IMG/VR virus record: IMGVR_UViG_3300045988_093257
Location: 1-42,083 of that record
DNA length: 42,083 nucleotides
DNA from: a virus
Reading direction: 5' to 3' (one strand)
Made by a program: the position numbers and the translations under genes. Under the pieces are notes generated by a model, which saw nothing but the letters and a program-made list of their open reading frames with translations, did not search any database and was not told where the DNA came from. This document shows, in pieces, positions 1-7,176 of this stretch. Numbering within the stretch: the stretch's first letter is position 1; every line of letters starts with the position of its first letter.

Positions 1-38
1 CCCACTTTTCAGCCCGTTTTAGAGGGTATTCATATATC
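1..38. repeat. Terminal direct repeat, left copy (identical to 42046..42083); assembly overlap of a circular or circularly permuted genome
   Basis: Bases 1-38 (cccacttttcagcccgttttagagggtattcatatatc) recur exactly at 42046-42083, read directly from the sequence. Confidence 0.9.
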
Positions 39-84
39 AGATGAACAATTAACCATTTGAATAGAAATACCCCTCAAATCGGCT
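11..84 (-). promoter_or_regulatory. Long imperfect hairpin (element A) between ssb and the next early gene; shares a 13-mer with element B at 37347..37359
   Basis: Arms 22-30 (GAGGGTATT) / 66-75 (AATACCCCTC) and 11-16 / 80-84. The AT-rich loop contains minus-strand CTGATATATG (weak extended -10-like). The 13-mer AGCCCGTTTTAGA lies at 11-23. Confidence 0.35.
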
Positions 85-483
85 TTAAAATGGCAAATCG
101 TCCTCCGTAACATCTACTGGAACCGAACTGGCAACTTCTGCTCTTGTATAAGTCTGCTGAGGTGCTTGTGTCTTTGATACATTTCCAGTCATTTCAAAGT
201 GGTCTACAACTAAACCAATGTTGTTTTTCTTTCTTCCACTTTCGTCTGTAGTCTCGTAAGCATCTACATGTGCTTCGATAATCACATAATCCTTCTTATG
301 AAGATACTGCTCTGCAAATGATGCATTTCCACCATTTTCTCTATCCCATGCAGTGAGTGGTACAAACTTCCAGTCCTTGCCAATCTTTACAGACAGACTT
401 ACTTTTGCTTGCTTCTTGCCACTCTGTGTTACATAAATTTTTGGGTCATTTCCTAAATAACCACTGATAATTAATTTATTCAT
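85..483 (-). CDS. ssb: Single-stranded DNA-binding protein (OB-fold SSB)
   Basis: 132 aa. N-terminus MNKLIISGYLGNDPK is SSB-like and the acidic C-terminal tail ends in DDLPF. ATGA start/stop overlap with the upstream gene. Confidence 0.85.
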   Translation of the reverse strand: MNKLIISGYLGNDPKIYVTQSGKKQAKVSLSVKIGKDWKFVPLTAWDRENGGNASFAEQYLHKKDYVIIEAHVDAYETTDESGRKKNNIGLVVDHFEMTGNVSKTQAPQQTYTRAEVASSVPVDVTEDDLPF

Positions 484-887
484 TTTCTGTTCTCCCTAAT
501 TGTTACTTCTACTCTTGGATTCTCTTTATCAAAGGCAACTGTGTAGTGCAGTAAATTGATGTATTTCGTTGAATCATCGGGAAACACACCACACTTCACA
601 AGTGCGTCTTGTATTCCCTTTACGCAGAAGCTGATATTGTCTAAGTCTCTTCTGTGGTTTGCTTCAACAAACGTAACCCACAGTTCGCACGGATTTGTGT
701 GCTTGTGCAACTTTCCAACGTCATAAGCCATGATTGCACTTGCAATTGTCTTTTCTTCTAACTGTCGCTTTAGCGATGCTGCATGATACATATTTCCACG
801 TTCAGCAGAAATATATTCATTCAGACTGACTAAGCGTCCACTAATCACTATCGTATCGAGACCACTCTCGTACGGTTGCAGAGTCAT
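480..887 (-). CDS. rusA: RusA-family Holliday junction resolvase
   Basis: Contains RRDLDN ... K..QDAL...G...DD, matching the catalytic core pattern of E. coli RusA. Start placed at ATG 887 (MTLQPY) because the longer ORF to 980 runs through the upstream gene. Confidence 0.8.
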   Translation of the reverse strand: MTLQPYESGLDTIVISGRLVSLNEYISAERGNMYHAASLKRQLEEKTIASAIMAYDVGKLHKHTNPCELWVTFVEANHRRDLDNISFCVKGIQDALVKCGVFPDDSTKYINLLHYTVAFDKENPRVEVTIRENRK

Positions 888-1191
888 TAAGTCGCAACTG
901 TAGTTTGAGTGCGTTGATTTTTTCGCCGAGCGTTCTGTACTTCGTTTCCGCACAGTCCCTTTTAAATCTCTTTTCCGCAATTTCTTCGTCTCCTACTAAG
1001 AACTGGCTTATGAAAGTAATCTTCATTCCACTAGCCATTTCTACTAATGCTTTCTTTCGATAGAGAACTTTGTAGTCTCTATCCAGTTCAGCGAGTTTGA
1101 TTCCCGCTTGTTCATAATTGTCAATCGTGTTGTTAAGTTCCTCAGTGAGTTCTTCCCCACGATTCATCAAGTCGATTCCATCTAGATTCAT
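841..1191 (-). CDS. Hypothetical protein, predicted coiled coil
   Basis: 116-aa ORF packed in the early operon, overlapping neighbouring genes at both ends; no recognisable motif. Confidence 0.6.
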   Translation of the reverse strand: MNLDGIDLMNRGEELTEELNNTIDNYEQAGIKLAELDRDYKVLYRKKALVEMASGMKITFISQFLVGDEEIAEKRFKRDCAETKYRTLGEKINALKLQLRLNDSATVREWSRYDSD

Positions 1192-1481
1192 AAGTAGTTC
1201 CTTTTAAACTCCTCAATAAATTTGTCGTGCCCGTATTTTCTCTCAAAGGCTTCTTGTCCTTGTTGCTTTAGCCATCTAGCGACCTTCTGCCCTTGTGGTG
1301 TCTGATGCAGTTTCATGTGTACGTCATGGTTCAAATAGACCCACAGACCCCATTTTTCACTTTTATTTCTAAAAGCATTATTGTATACGTGATGTTTGTC
1401 TAGATTGTCTGTTCGCCCAGTGAGGTAGCATTTCTTAACGATTTGCCCATTCTCATACTTCTGCATTATGCTTTGTGCCAT
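1188..1481 (-). CDS. Small His/Cys-containing protein, possibly HNH-like or metal-binding
   Basis: 97 aa with C-x-x-T-G ... DKHH ... NHDVHMKLH spacing; family not recognised with certainty. Confidence 0.5.
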   Translation of the reverse strand: MAQSIMQKYENGQIVKKCYLTGRTDNLDKHHVYNNAFRNKSEKWGLWVYLNHDVHMKLHQTPQGQKVARWLKQQGQEAFERKYGHDKFIEEFKRNYL

Positions 1482-2052
1482 ATGTCAAAATATCCTTTAT
1501 CAACTGTTCTCCATTGACTTCATCTACTTCAAACAGATTTCCGTATGATTTCTTTGGTAGAAACATACACGCTAGGCTTTCAACCTTTACGTCATATGTC
1601 TGCTCAAGTGCCATCTTGTACAGTGTCAACTGCAAACTTAAATACTTTGGATAGTATTTAGATGTAGTCTTGTAGTCCATCAGTGTTTTCTTGCCATCTA
1701 CAAGCCCATAGAAGTCGAATTTGCCCGCATAAAGTGCTTTACCGTCTCTTACATAGGCAACTGGAATTTCTTGCATTTCTGCCCTTATTACGTGCTCTTC
1801 TGCAAGGCTTTGATATCTTCTCATGGCAAGACCTTCAAATGACTTTCTGTCTACGTCTGTCTCTTCGCCTTTGTTCCACTTCTCAATCATTTCATGTACC
1901 TTGGTTCCATAGCTTGCTGCACGTTTCAGTGTGTCTGCCTTGATACCTTTGTACATGCTCGGCATCCATATCTCATGAATTAGAGTGGTCACACTCGGTG
2001 TAATCACTCCATCCACAAGATAAGTGTGAGTTTCTTCTATAAATTCAATCAT
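1453..2052 (-). CDS. PD-(D/E)XK (Cas4/RecB-like) exonuclease, probable partner of Erf
   Basis: EETHTY-x-x-DG-x3-PSVTT N-terminal motif, then GKFDF ... MDYKTT (D ... D/E-x-K). Start at ATG 2052 gives an ATGATTGA overlap with the upstream stop. Confidence 0.7.
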   Translation of the reverse strand: MIEFIEETHTYLVDGVITPSVTTLIHEIWMPSMYKGIKADTLKRAASYGTKVHEMIEKWNKGEETDVDRKSFEGLAMRRYQSLAEEHVIRAEMQEIPVAYVRDGKALYAGKFDFYGLVDGKKTLMDYKTTSKYYPKYLSLQLTLYKMALEQTYDVKVESLACMFLPKKSYGNLFEVDEVNGEQLIKDILTYGTKHNAEV

Positions 2053-2362
2053 TGTATGTGATGCGTACAGACGCTTTGACCGTTGACGACTTGCAATAGT
2101 CATCAAAGATGTTGTCTTCCTTCATCTTCTTTGTATCTGCTACAACTCTCTTGCTTTCGGGAACATATGTGAAAGTGACTACATCATTAGAGAATTTCTT
2201 GATTCCATGCTCTTCCATGGCTTTCAAGAGTGATTCTTTCATTTCCCCTTCAATCTGCTTTGCTTCTGCAATCTGCAACTGTAGGTTTCTTAATTCTTGG
2301 ACTGCTTTCTGTGCCTTTTCGCCTAGCACAATTTCATTGTCTTTTGTTGTAATATCTAGCAT
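2045..2362 (-). CDS. Hypothetical coiled-coil protein in the recombination module
   Basis: 105-aa ORF between erf and the nuclease; charged helical sequence; function unknown. Confidence 0.6.
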   Translation of the reverse strand: MLDITTKDNEIVLGEKAQKAVQELRNLQLQIAEAKQIEGEMKESLLKAMEEHGIKKFSNDVVTFTYVPESKRVVADTKKMKEDNIFDDYCKSSTVKASVRITYND

Positions 2363-2988
2363 GATTCTTCCTCTGTCTTGACTGGCTTCTTCAACTGCTC
2401 AATTGCTTGTGATGCTTGTGTGACTGTCAAATCTTCCAGTCTCTGCACCTTGTAAAATTCCATCATTTTAGCAACACGTTCTGCATCGCCTTTCTTAAGA
2501 ATTGCGACCTGTGCCTTTGATGCAAATCGCTTGCCATTATCAGCCACTAGGGAACCATTTTTGTCTTGGCTCACTCCACTTCTCTTATCCAAGTCATCCT
2601 CTACTGCTAGGTCATATGCTTCTACGTATAGATAACGTCTCATATATGTATGAAGTGAACCGAGATTCTGAATTGCAGTTGCACCTCTGACAATTGCCTC
2701 AGCGGTTTCACTCTCATAAACCAAGCCTTTTGCCGTATCATCTGTATCAACGATTTTTAATACTGCCTTTTCAATCTTCACACCGTCGGGATTGTATGAT
2801 GTGATGATTTGAAACTGTGTAAATAGTCCGTATTTTGTATTCAGTTCATTCAGCTTTGGTAAGAAATCCGTCAACTGTAAATAGTTGAATTTAGCAAAAT
2901 CATTCTTTCCGCTTTTTGAATCAACACTCTTTTGCAGTTCACATTTAACTGCTTGCATCTTCTGATAGATGTTCATTGTCTCTGCCAT
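2356..2988 (-). CDS. erf: ERF-family single-strand annealing protein
   Basis: NIYQKMQAVKCEL ... FAKFNY ... GATAIQNLGSLHTYMRRYLY ... EDDLD parallels P22 Erf (GATSSYARKYCL...DDAKD). Confidence 0.75.
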   Translation of the reverse strand: MAETMNIYQKMQAVKCELQKSVDSKSGKNDFAKFNYLQLTDFLPKLNELNTKYGLFTQFQIITSYNPDGVKIEKAVLKIVDTDDTAKGLVYESETAEAIVRGATAIQNLGSLHTYMRRYLYVEAYDLAVEDDLDKRSGVSQDKNGSLVADNGKRFASKAQVAILKKGDAERVAKMMEFYKVQRLEDLTVTQASQAIEQLKKPVKTEEESC

Positions 2989-3296
2989 CAGTTAAGTACC
3001 TCTTTCCAGCTACGTTCATCTTTCGTTTCTTCAAATGCTCTTTTTGCAATTTCAGATAGCTTCTTTGCAATAAGTTCTTCCGGAATGAATCCATCTCCCT
3101 CATCTGACAGTGAATTTGCTATTCCACCTAGCATCATCATCTTGAAACAACTGTCTAAGTGTTCCTCTGTAACTCCGTGCTTTTCTGCTTCGTCCAAAAT
3201 TCTGAATCTTAATGCAACTAGTCCATAGCAAAGTTCCTTTGCAATTTGTGCTGCGTTTCCGTCCATTTCCACTTTTAATTTGTCTACCTTAATCAT
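2988..3296 (-). CDS. Hypothetical protein
   Basis: 102-aa ORF, tightly coupled (1-nt and 4-nt overlaps) in the early operon. Confidence 0.6.
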   Translation of the reverse strand: MIKVDKLKVEMDGNAAQIAKELCYGLVALRFRILDEAEKHGVTEEHLDSCFKMMMLGGIANSLSDEGDGFIPEELIAKKLSEIAKRAFEETKDERSWKEVLN

Positions 3297-3520
3297 TTCA
3301 ATACCTTCTCCATTTCTTCTCTGACTTCATTGATTGATTCTTGATTTGAAATGTCCTTATCTAACATTTCTCTTAAGAATCTCTTTACTTCTTCTTCGGG
3401 AAACACAAATCCTTTTCCAATCTTGATAGCGTGGATAAGTCCAGCATTTCTCAGATTGTCGATTTTGTTTCTGTCTGTGTGTAGTTCTCTAGCTAAATCG
3501 CTTGTACTCCATGTGAGCAT
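3293..3520 (-). CDS. Excisionase/MerR-type HTH DNA-binding protein in the Cro position (first early gene)
   Basis: 75 aa from ATG 3520 (MLTWSTSDLARELHTDRNKIDNLRNAGLI...), a helix-turn-helix pattern. AAAGGA RBS. The longer ORF to 3745 would run through the promoter region and the repressor gene. Confidence 0.65.
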   Translation of the reverse strand: MLTWSTSDLARELHTDRNKIDNLRNAGLIHAIKIGKGFVFPEEEVKRFLREMLDKDISNQESINEVREEMEKVLK

Positions 3521-3533
3521 TGTGTAGTCCTTT

Positions 3534-3555
3534 CTTGTCGATTTTTTTCGACAAG
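3534..3555. promoter_or_regulatory. Candidate operator: perfect palindrome CTTGTCGA-N6-TCGACAAG
   Basis: 8-bp perfect inverted arms at 3534-3541 and 3548-3555, immediately downstream of the predicted early promoter -10 box. Confidence 0.5.
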
Positions 3556-3558
3556 AAG

Positions 3559-3587
3559 ATATTACCACCATTTTCATTGACTGTCTA
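3559..3587 (-). promoter_or_regulatory. Predicted early lytic promoter (minus strand)
   Basis: Minus strand reads TAGACA - 17 nt - TAATAT with TGG immediately upstream of the -10 (extended -10). It faces the first early gene at 3520. Confidence 0.5.
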
Positions 3588-3611
3588 TATAGTTGGAAAG
3601 GAGGTGAACAT

Positions 3612-3932
3612 ATGAAAGAGCAAGGAAACGATTTGTCAAAGAGAATAAGGTTTCTAAGAGTCAGAAAAGGAATGACGCAAGAACAGTTAGCGAGTGCAAT
3701 GGGTTTAAAGAATAGAGATAGTATTTCGAAAATTGAACTTGGCAAGCAAGATATTTCAACTCAACAAATATCTCTATTAGCTGATATCTTCGATGTTTCA
3801 ATTTCTTATCTATTATTTGGTCAAGTTGATAAGGAAGAAATAACGCTAGAAGATATGGAACTGCTTAAGGCTTATTATCGAGCACCACCGCATATTCAAC
3901 GGGCTATCAAAGAAATGCTTAAAAATGATTAG
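3612..3932 (+). CDS. XRE/cI-type HTH repressor (no peptidase domain)
   Basis: LSKRIRFLRVRKGMTQEQLASAMGLKNRDSISKIELGKQDIS is a canonical XRE HTH. GGAGG RBS. Divergent from the early operon and upstream of int. Confidence 0.8.
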   Translation: MKEQGNDLSKRIRFLRVRKGMTQEQLASAMGLKNRDSISKIELGKQDISTQQISLLADIFDVSISYLLFGQVDKEEITLEDMELLKAYYRAPPHIQRAIKEMLKND

Positions 3933-3943
3933 AGGACAATAAA

Positions 3944-5101
3944 ATGAAATTACGCAAAGAAAAATACATAGTCGTGACCGAGAAAAACAATCATACTTAT
4001 ATCACGGTCAAATTTACCTACAAAGCCAACAATACCAACAGACAGATTACAAAGACATTCAGTGTTTCAGACTACCCTACTCCATCAGCTTGCCTAGATG
4101 CAGCATGTGAATGGAGAGACTTGAAAAGAGCCGAACTGCTTATGCACGGTCTTCCGACTGGAACAAAGCGAGACCTTGATACGATTATCGAAGACCATAT
4201 AAGGATTAATAAGGTAACACTTGGAAACCAGTCTCAAATCAGAAGCTACTATAAGAAGCACATTCAGCCTTATTATGGAAAAAGCGATGTATGTGAGATT
4301 ACTGCACTTGATATACAGTCAAGTCTAAACAACATGATATATGACTGCTCAGACAACTGCATCAGAAGAGTAGCTACTGTATGGAAGAAGATTATCAAAA
4401 CTGCTAGACTGCTAGGGTTAATCACAATCAATCCAATGGAACAAGTTGAAATTCCAGAGTCTAAGTTTGCAGTAGACAAACGGAAACAGTCTGTCTCAGA
4501 CGAAGATGTAAAGAAGATAATAGACTACTTCCTTACAACTGGAAGAAATGAATCTGATTCCTACAACAACAAAGTCATTGCTCACTTCATGATTCTTATG
4601 ATGGAGACTGGGCTGAGACCTTCCGAGGTTTCGGCACTCCAAAGAGAAAACATTGACTTGAAACACAATGTAATAAAAGTAAGACGTTCCATAAGAAGTT
4701 CCAACACCGAGGAGTACACACTTGGAAAAACAAAAACAGAATCAAGTGTGAGAGACGTTCCGATGACAACGAACTGCCATCTGACAATAGCTAGTCTCTT
4801 GGAAATGTCACATGGAGAACAGTTCTTGTTCACAGACTATCAAGGGAACTTGCTTACAACCAAAAAAATAAGCCAACACCTAAACACTGTTACAAAGCGT
4901 CTAGGAATTGACTTCCATCTATATATGCTGCGTCACAGATTCTCGACCAAGCTAGTGACTGCAAACGTTGACCCACGTACAGTTATGGAACTGATGGGTC
5001 ACAAGAATTTCAGTATGACAGTGTCATATGCACGTTCAGATGATGAGAAAAAGATTACTGCAATGGAAGAAAATGTGAAGGGAATTGTTTACCAATCGTA
5101 G
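3944..5101 (+). CDS. int: Tyrosine recombinase / phage integrase
   Basis: C-terminal catalytic pattern: GLRPSE ... LYMLRHRFSTKL ... ELMGHKNFSMTVSYAR (R, H-x-x-R, H, Y). Confidence 0.9.
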   Translation: MKLRKEKYIVVTEKNNHTYITVKFTYKANNTNRQITKTFSVSDYPTPSACLDAACEWRDLKRAELLMHGLPTGTKRDLDTIIEDHIRINKVTLGNQSQIRSYYKKHIQPYYGKSDVCEITALDIQSSLNNMIYDCSDNCIRRVATVWKKIIKTARLLGLITINPMEQVEIPESKFAVDKRKQSVSDEDVKKIIDYFLTTGRNESDSYNNKVIAHFMILMMETGLRPSEVSALQRENIDLKHNVIKVRRSIRSSNTEEYTLGKTKTESSVRDVPMTTNCHLTIASLLEMSHGEQFLFTDYQGNLLTTKKISQHLNTVTKRLGIDFHLYMLRHRFSTKLVTANVDPRTVMELMGHKNFSMTVSYARSDDEKKITAMEENVKGIVYQS

Positions 5102-5133
5102 CATTTTCCGTTATTCAACGAGACAAAAAATAA

Positions 5134-5161
5134 ACATTTTGGTAGAAATTGGTAGAAAAAG
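5134..5161 (+). repeat. 28-bp direct repeat, copy 1 (acattttggtagaaattggtagaaaaag), contains 2x TTGGTAGAA
   Basis: Identical 28-mer at 5348-5375; further GGTAGAA-like copies at 5172-5178 and inverted at 5162-5168. Confidence 0.9.
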
Positions 5162-5347
5162 TTTCTACTTTGGTAGAAGCACAAACAAAAAATGCGTAAA
5201 TATGCGTGATTTCAGATGTTGTCGAATATCAGAATTTATTTGTTGAATGTCACAACAGATAGAGATAGCACCTACAAACGGCATAAATACGCTAATATCT
5301 GCACTTCCAATCTCTACTTCTGCTTGTACTTGCATACACTTGCTTAT

Positions 5348-5375
5348 ACATTTTGGTAGAAATTGGTAGAAAAAG
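5348..5375 (+). repeat. 28-bp direct repeat, copy 2
   Basis: Exact copy of 5134-5161; an additional GTAGAAA at 5382-5388. Confidence 0.9.
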
Positions 5376-5387
5376 AAAAAAGTAGAA

Positions 5388-5526
5388 AAAGAAAAGAGGA
5401 CACTCATTTGAGTGCCCTTTTTTCCAATGTTAGTTAGGTAAAAATGTTAGTTAGGAATTTTTCGTGCGTAACTTGTTCACTTGATTGTTAGGAGTCTTTT
5501 AGGTATTTCTAATGAACTTTTCTGCA
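5388..5526 (-). ncRNA. Predicted small RNA 1 (~135 nt)
   Basis: Extended -10 TGGTATAAT (plus 5534-5542). Ends at hairpin 5398-5417 (G-U wobble only in the minus-strand RNA) followed by UCUUUUCUUUUUC. No RBS-preceded ORF. Contains CCUAAC three times. Confidence 0.45.
5426..5455. repeat. Tandem 13-mer AATGTTAGTTAGG x2 (5426-5438, 5443-5455), period 17
   Basis: Exact direct repeat read from the sequence; lies inside predicted RNA 1. Confidence 0.9.
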
Positions 5527-5548
5527 CATCAATATTATACCACAAAGC

Positions 5549-5659
5549 AAAAAACCACTTTTCAGTGGTTCTTGCCGAAAGGAGTTTTATAAGAAAACAT
5601 ACAGAACTAAACCCAAAACTGTATGAAGCCCAGTAGCAATTAATGGTATTGCATTGCTA
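5549..5659 (-). ncRNA. Predicted small RNA 2 (~110 nt)
   Basis: Extended -10 TGGTATAAT (plus 5667-5675). Two perfect internal hairpins (5633-5640/5653-5660; 5598-5604/5619-5625). Terminator hairpin 5553-5570 plus U6. Confidence 0.5.
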
Positions 5660-5681
5660 CCCCTATATTATACCACAAAGT

Positions 5682-5754
5682 AAAAAACCACTTTGCAGTG
5701 GTCAATTACTATATCATAGAGGTTTAAAATAAAATGACAATGACTGTTCCAGCC
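5682..5754 (-). ncRNA. Predicted small RNA 3 (~70 nt)
   Basis: Extended -10 TGGTATAAT (plus 5761-5769). Terminator hairpin 5687-5702 plus U6. No plausible ORF. Confidence 0.4.
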
Positions 5755-5770
5755 ACATATATTATACCAC

Positions 5771-5802
5771 AAATAGAAAAAGAGAAGGATTGCTCCCTCT
5801 CT
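5771..5802 (-). terminator. Rho-independent terminator closing the late operon
   Basis: Hairpin 5781-5788/5795-5802 (one G-U wobble in the minus-strand RNA, A-C mismatch on plus) followed by CUUUUUCUAUUU on the minus strand. Confidence 0.6.
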
Positions 5803-5891
5803 CTTTCCCATAGTTAATCATCATTGTATAGTTGGAAAAACAACTACTCCATTATATTAACCTATCCAAAAATATTTTACAACAACTAATT

Positions 5892-6200
5892 CTATTTTTT
5901 ATATAATTCTTGGTATCTAAGAGCGTTCTCACGCTCTTTGATTTGTCTCTTGTGCAGATAATCATAGATAGCTAACATGTCTGAAGAAATAGAAACATTT
6001 TTTTGTTTTAATCCACTGATTATTTTCTCTGTTGCATCATGTAACATCTGCATATGCTTTTCTTCTTGCAATGAGATTGTATATAAAGTTTCTGCAAGTT
6101 CAGGGTATTTGTCTTTCACTTTTACCGCCCACTTTGCATAATGTTTGCTATCACAAATCTCATCTTCCATCTGTTCGGCTAATTGTCTTATCAGTTCCAT
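5892..6200 (-). CDS. Small helical protein, last gene of the late operon (weak ferritin-like EExxH motif; function unknown)
   Basis: 102 aa with an AAGGTGG RBS. QEEKHMQMLHD resembles a di-iron helix motif, but only one such motif is seen. Confidence 0.6.
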   Translation of the reverse strand: MELIRQLAEQMEDEICDSKHYAKWAVKVKDKYPELAETLYTISLQEEKHMQMLHDATEKIISGLKQKNVSISSDMLAIYDYLHKRQIKERENALRYQELYKK

Positions 6201-6217
6201 AGCTATACCACCTTTTT

Positions 6218-6442
6218 TTATTCAATGAAATAAACTTTTCCATTATTTTTCTGAGCATATGTCAATCTGTCATAATCATATTGTGTAATTTCTACATGTT
6301 CAGTTGCTCCACTTACACCTTGTGGTCCTTGCGGACCCGTAGCTCCTTGGGGTCCTTGAATACCTTGTGGTCCTCTTGGTCCAGTTTCTCCCTTGTCGCC
6401 TTTAGGACCTTTAATGTATCCTAAGTCGATTCTAGCTCCCAT
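6218..6442 (-). CDS. Collagen-like repeat protein (short fibre paralog)
   Basis: G-X-Y run [34 protein letters not shown]. The N-terminus [10 protein letters not shown] is paralogous to the 6446-7165 product. The C-terminal DYDRL...NGKVYFIE motif is shared with 19721-20035. Confidence 0.8.
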   Translation of the reverse strand: MGARIDLGYIKGPKGDKGETGPRGPQGIQGPQGATGPQGPQGVSGATEHVEITQYDYDRLTYAQKNNGKVYFIE

Positions 6443-6445
6443 AAG

Positions 6446-7165
6446 TTACTCCCAAATAACGTACAAGTGCCCATCTGTCCCTACTTCAAATGATGGTGTA
6501 TCGCCTTTTTCTCCTTTTACACCTTGAGGTCCTTGTGGTCCAGTAGCTCCTTGAATACCTTTCTCGCCTTGTACACCTTGAGGTCCTTGTGGTCCTACGT
6601 CTCCCTTTACACCCTTTACTGCTTTGAAAGCAAATGAAAGTGTTGGTGCTGCATCTGTTCCGCCTTTAGTAACTGTAACGCTTGGAGTTCCTACTGTAGC
6701 GTCTACCGTAGCAGTTGCAGTAATCTTTGGTGTAGCTCCAACTGGTCCTTGAATGCCTTGTGGTCCTTGTTTACCAGTGTCTCCAGTCTCGCCCCTTAAA
6801 CCTTGTGGACCTTGTGTACCTTGAACACCTTGTGGACCTCGGTCTCCCTTTGGCCCTTGAATACCTTGAGCACCACTCAAGTCACATACTAGAGAATATG
6901 CTTTTGCGTCTTTGACATACAGTTTGCCAGTATCAGCGTCTTGAACAGAGCCAGTATTAATCATTACAAACTTGCCAATTCCCACACCGTCTGTTGCGTA
7001 TCCACTGTTCATTTCAGATACAGATGAATAGATTTTCGCAATTTTAAATGGTTCTCCTTGTTCGCCCTTCGGTCCTTGGATACCTTGGGGTCCTTGAATA
7101 CCTTGGTCGCCTTTAGGTCCTTGTGGACCTCTAATGTTTCCTAAATCAATTCTTGTTGTTGCCAT
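6446..7165 (-). CDS. Collagen-like tail fibre protein
   Basis: Three G-X-Y blocks separated by non-collagenous segments; N-terminus MATTRIDLGNIRGPQGPKG. Confidence 0.8.
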   Translation of the reverse strand: MATTRIDLGNIRGPQGPKGDQGIQGPQGIQGPKGEQGEPFKIAKIYSSVSEMNSGYATDGVGIGKFVMINTGSVQDADTGKLYVKDAKAYSLVCDLSGAQGIQGPKGDRGPQGVQGTQGPQGLRGETGDTGKQGPQGIQGPVGATPKITATATVDATVGTPSVTVTKGGTDAAPTLSFAFKAVKGVKGDVGPQGPQGVQGEKGIQGATGPQGPQGVKGEKGDTPSFEVGTDGHLYVIWE

Positions 7166-7176
7166 CTTGTCTCCTT

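Larger units (their letters stand above)
5134..5375. other. Candidate attP region (arm-type integrase sites flanking a ~185-bp core region)
   Basis: Clustered TTGGTAGAA repeats on both sides of a unique segment directly downstream of int; the core itself was not identified. Confidence 0.45.

Noticed and set aside
3521-3745. Long version of ORF 3293..3745 overlapping the repressor gene on the opposite strand
   Set aside because: The upstream 75 codons are hydrophobic nonsense running through the promoter/operator spacer and antisense to the XRE repressor. ATG 3520 with an RBS gives a clean HTH protein.
5165-5407. 80-aa minus-strand ORF (MSVLFSFSTFFFFYQFLPK...) in the int-proximal spacer
   Set aside because: It starts inside a terminator hairpin and has only a marginal RBS. 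Both ends are translations of the 28-bp GGTAGAA repeats and the composition is T-run driven. The region is better explained as attP arm sites.
5532-5770. Possibility that the three ATATTATACCACAAA repeats are a mini CRISPR array or integrase sites
   Set aside because: Spacing is irregular (133 and 94 bp). The repeats are only ~15-40 nt and have different downstream hairpins. There are no cas genes. The sequence is a textbook TGnTATAAT promoter on the minus strand, coupled to terminators.
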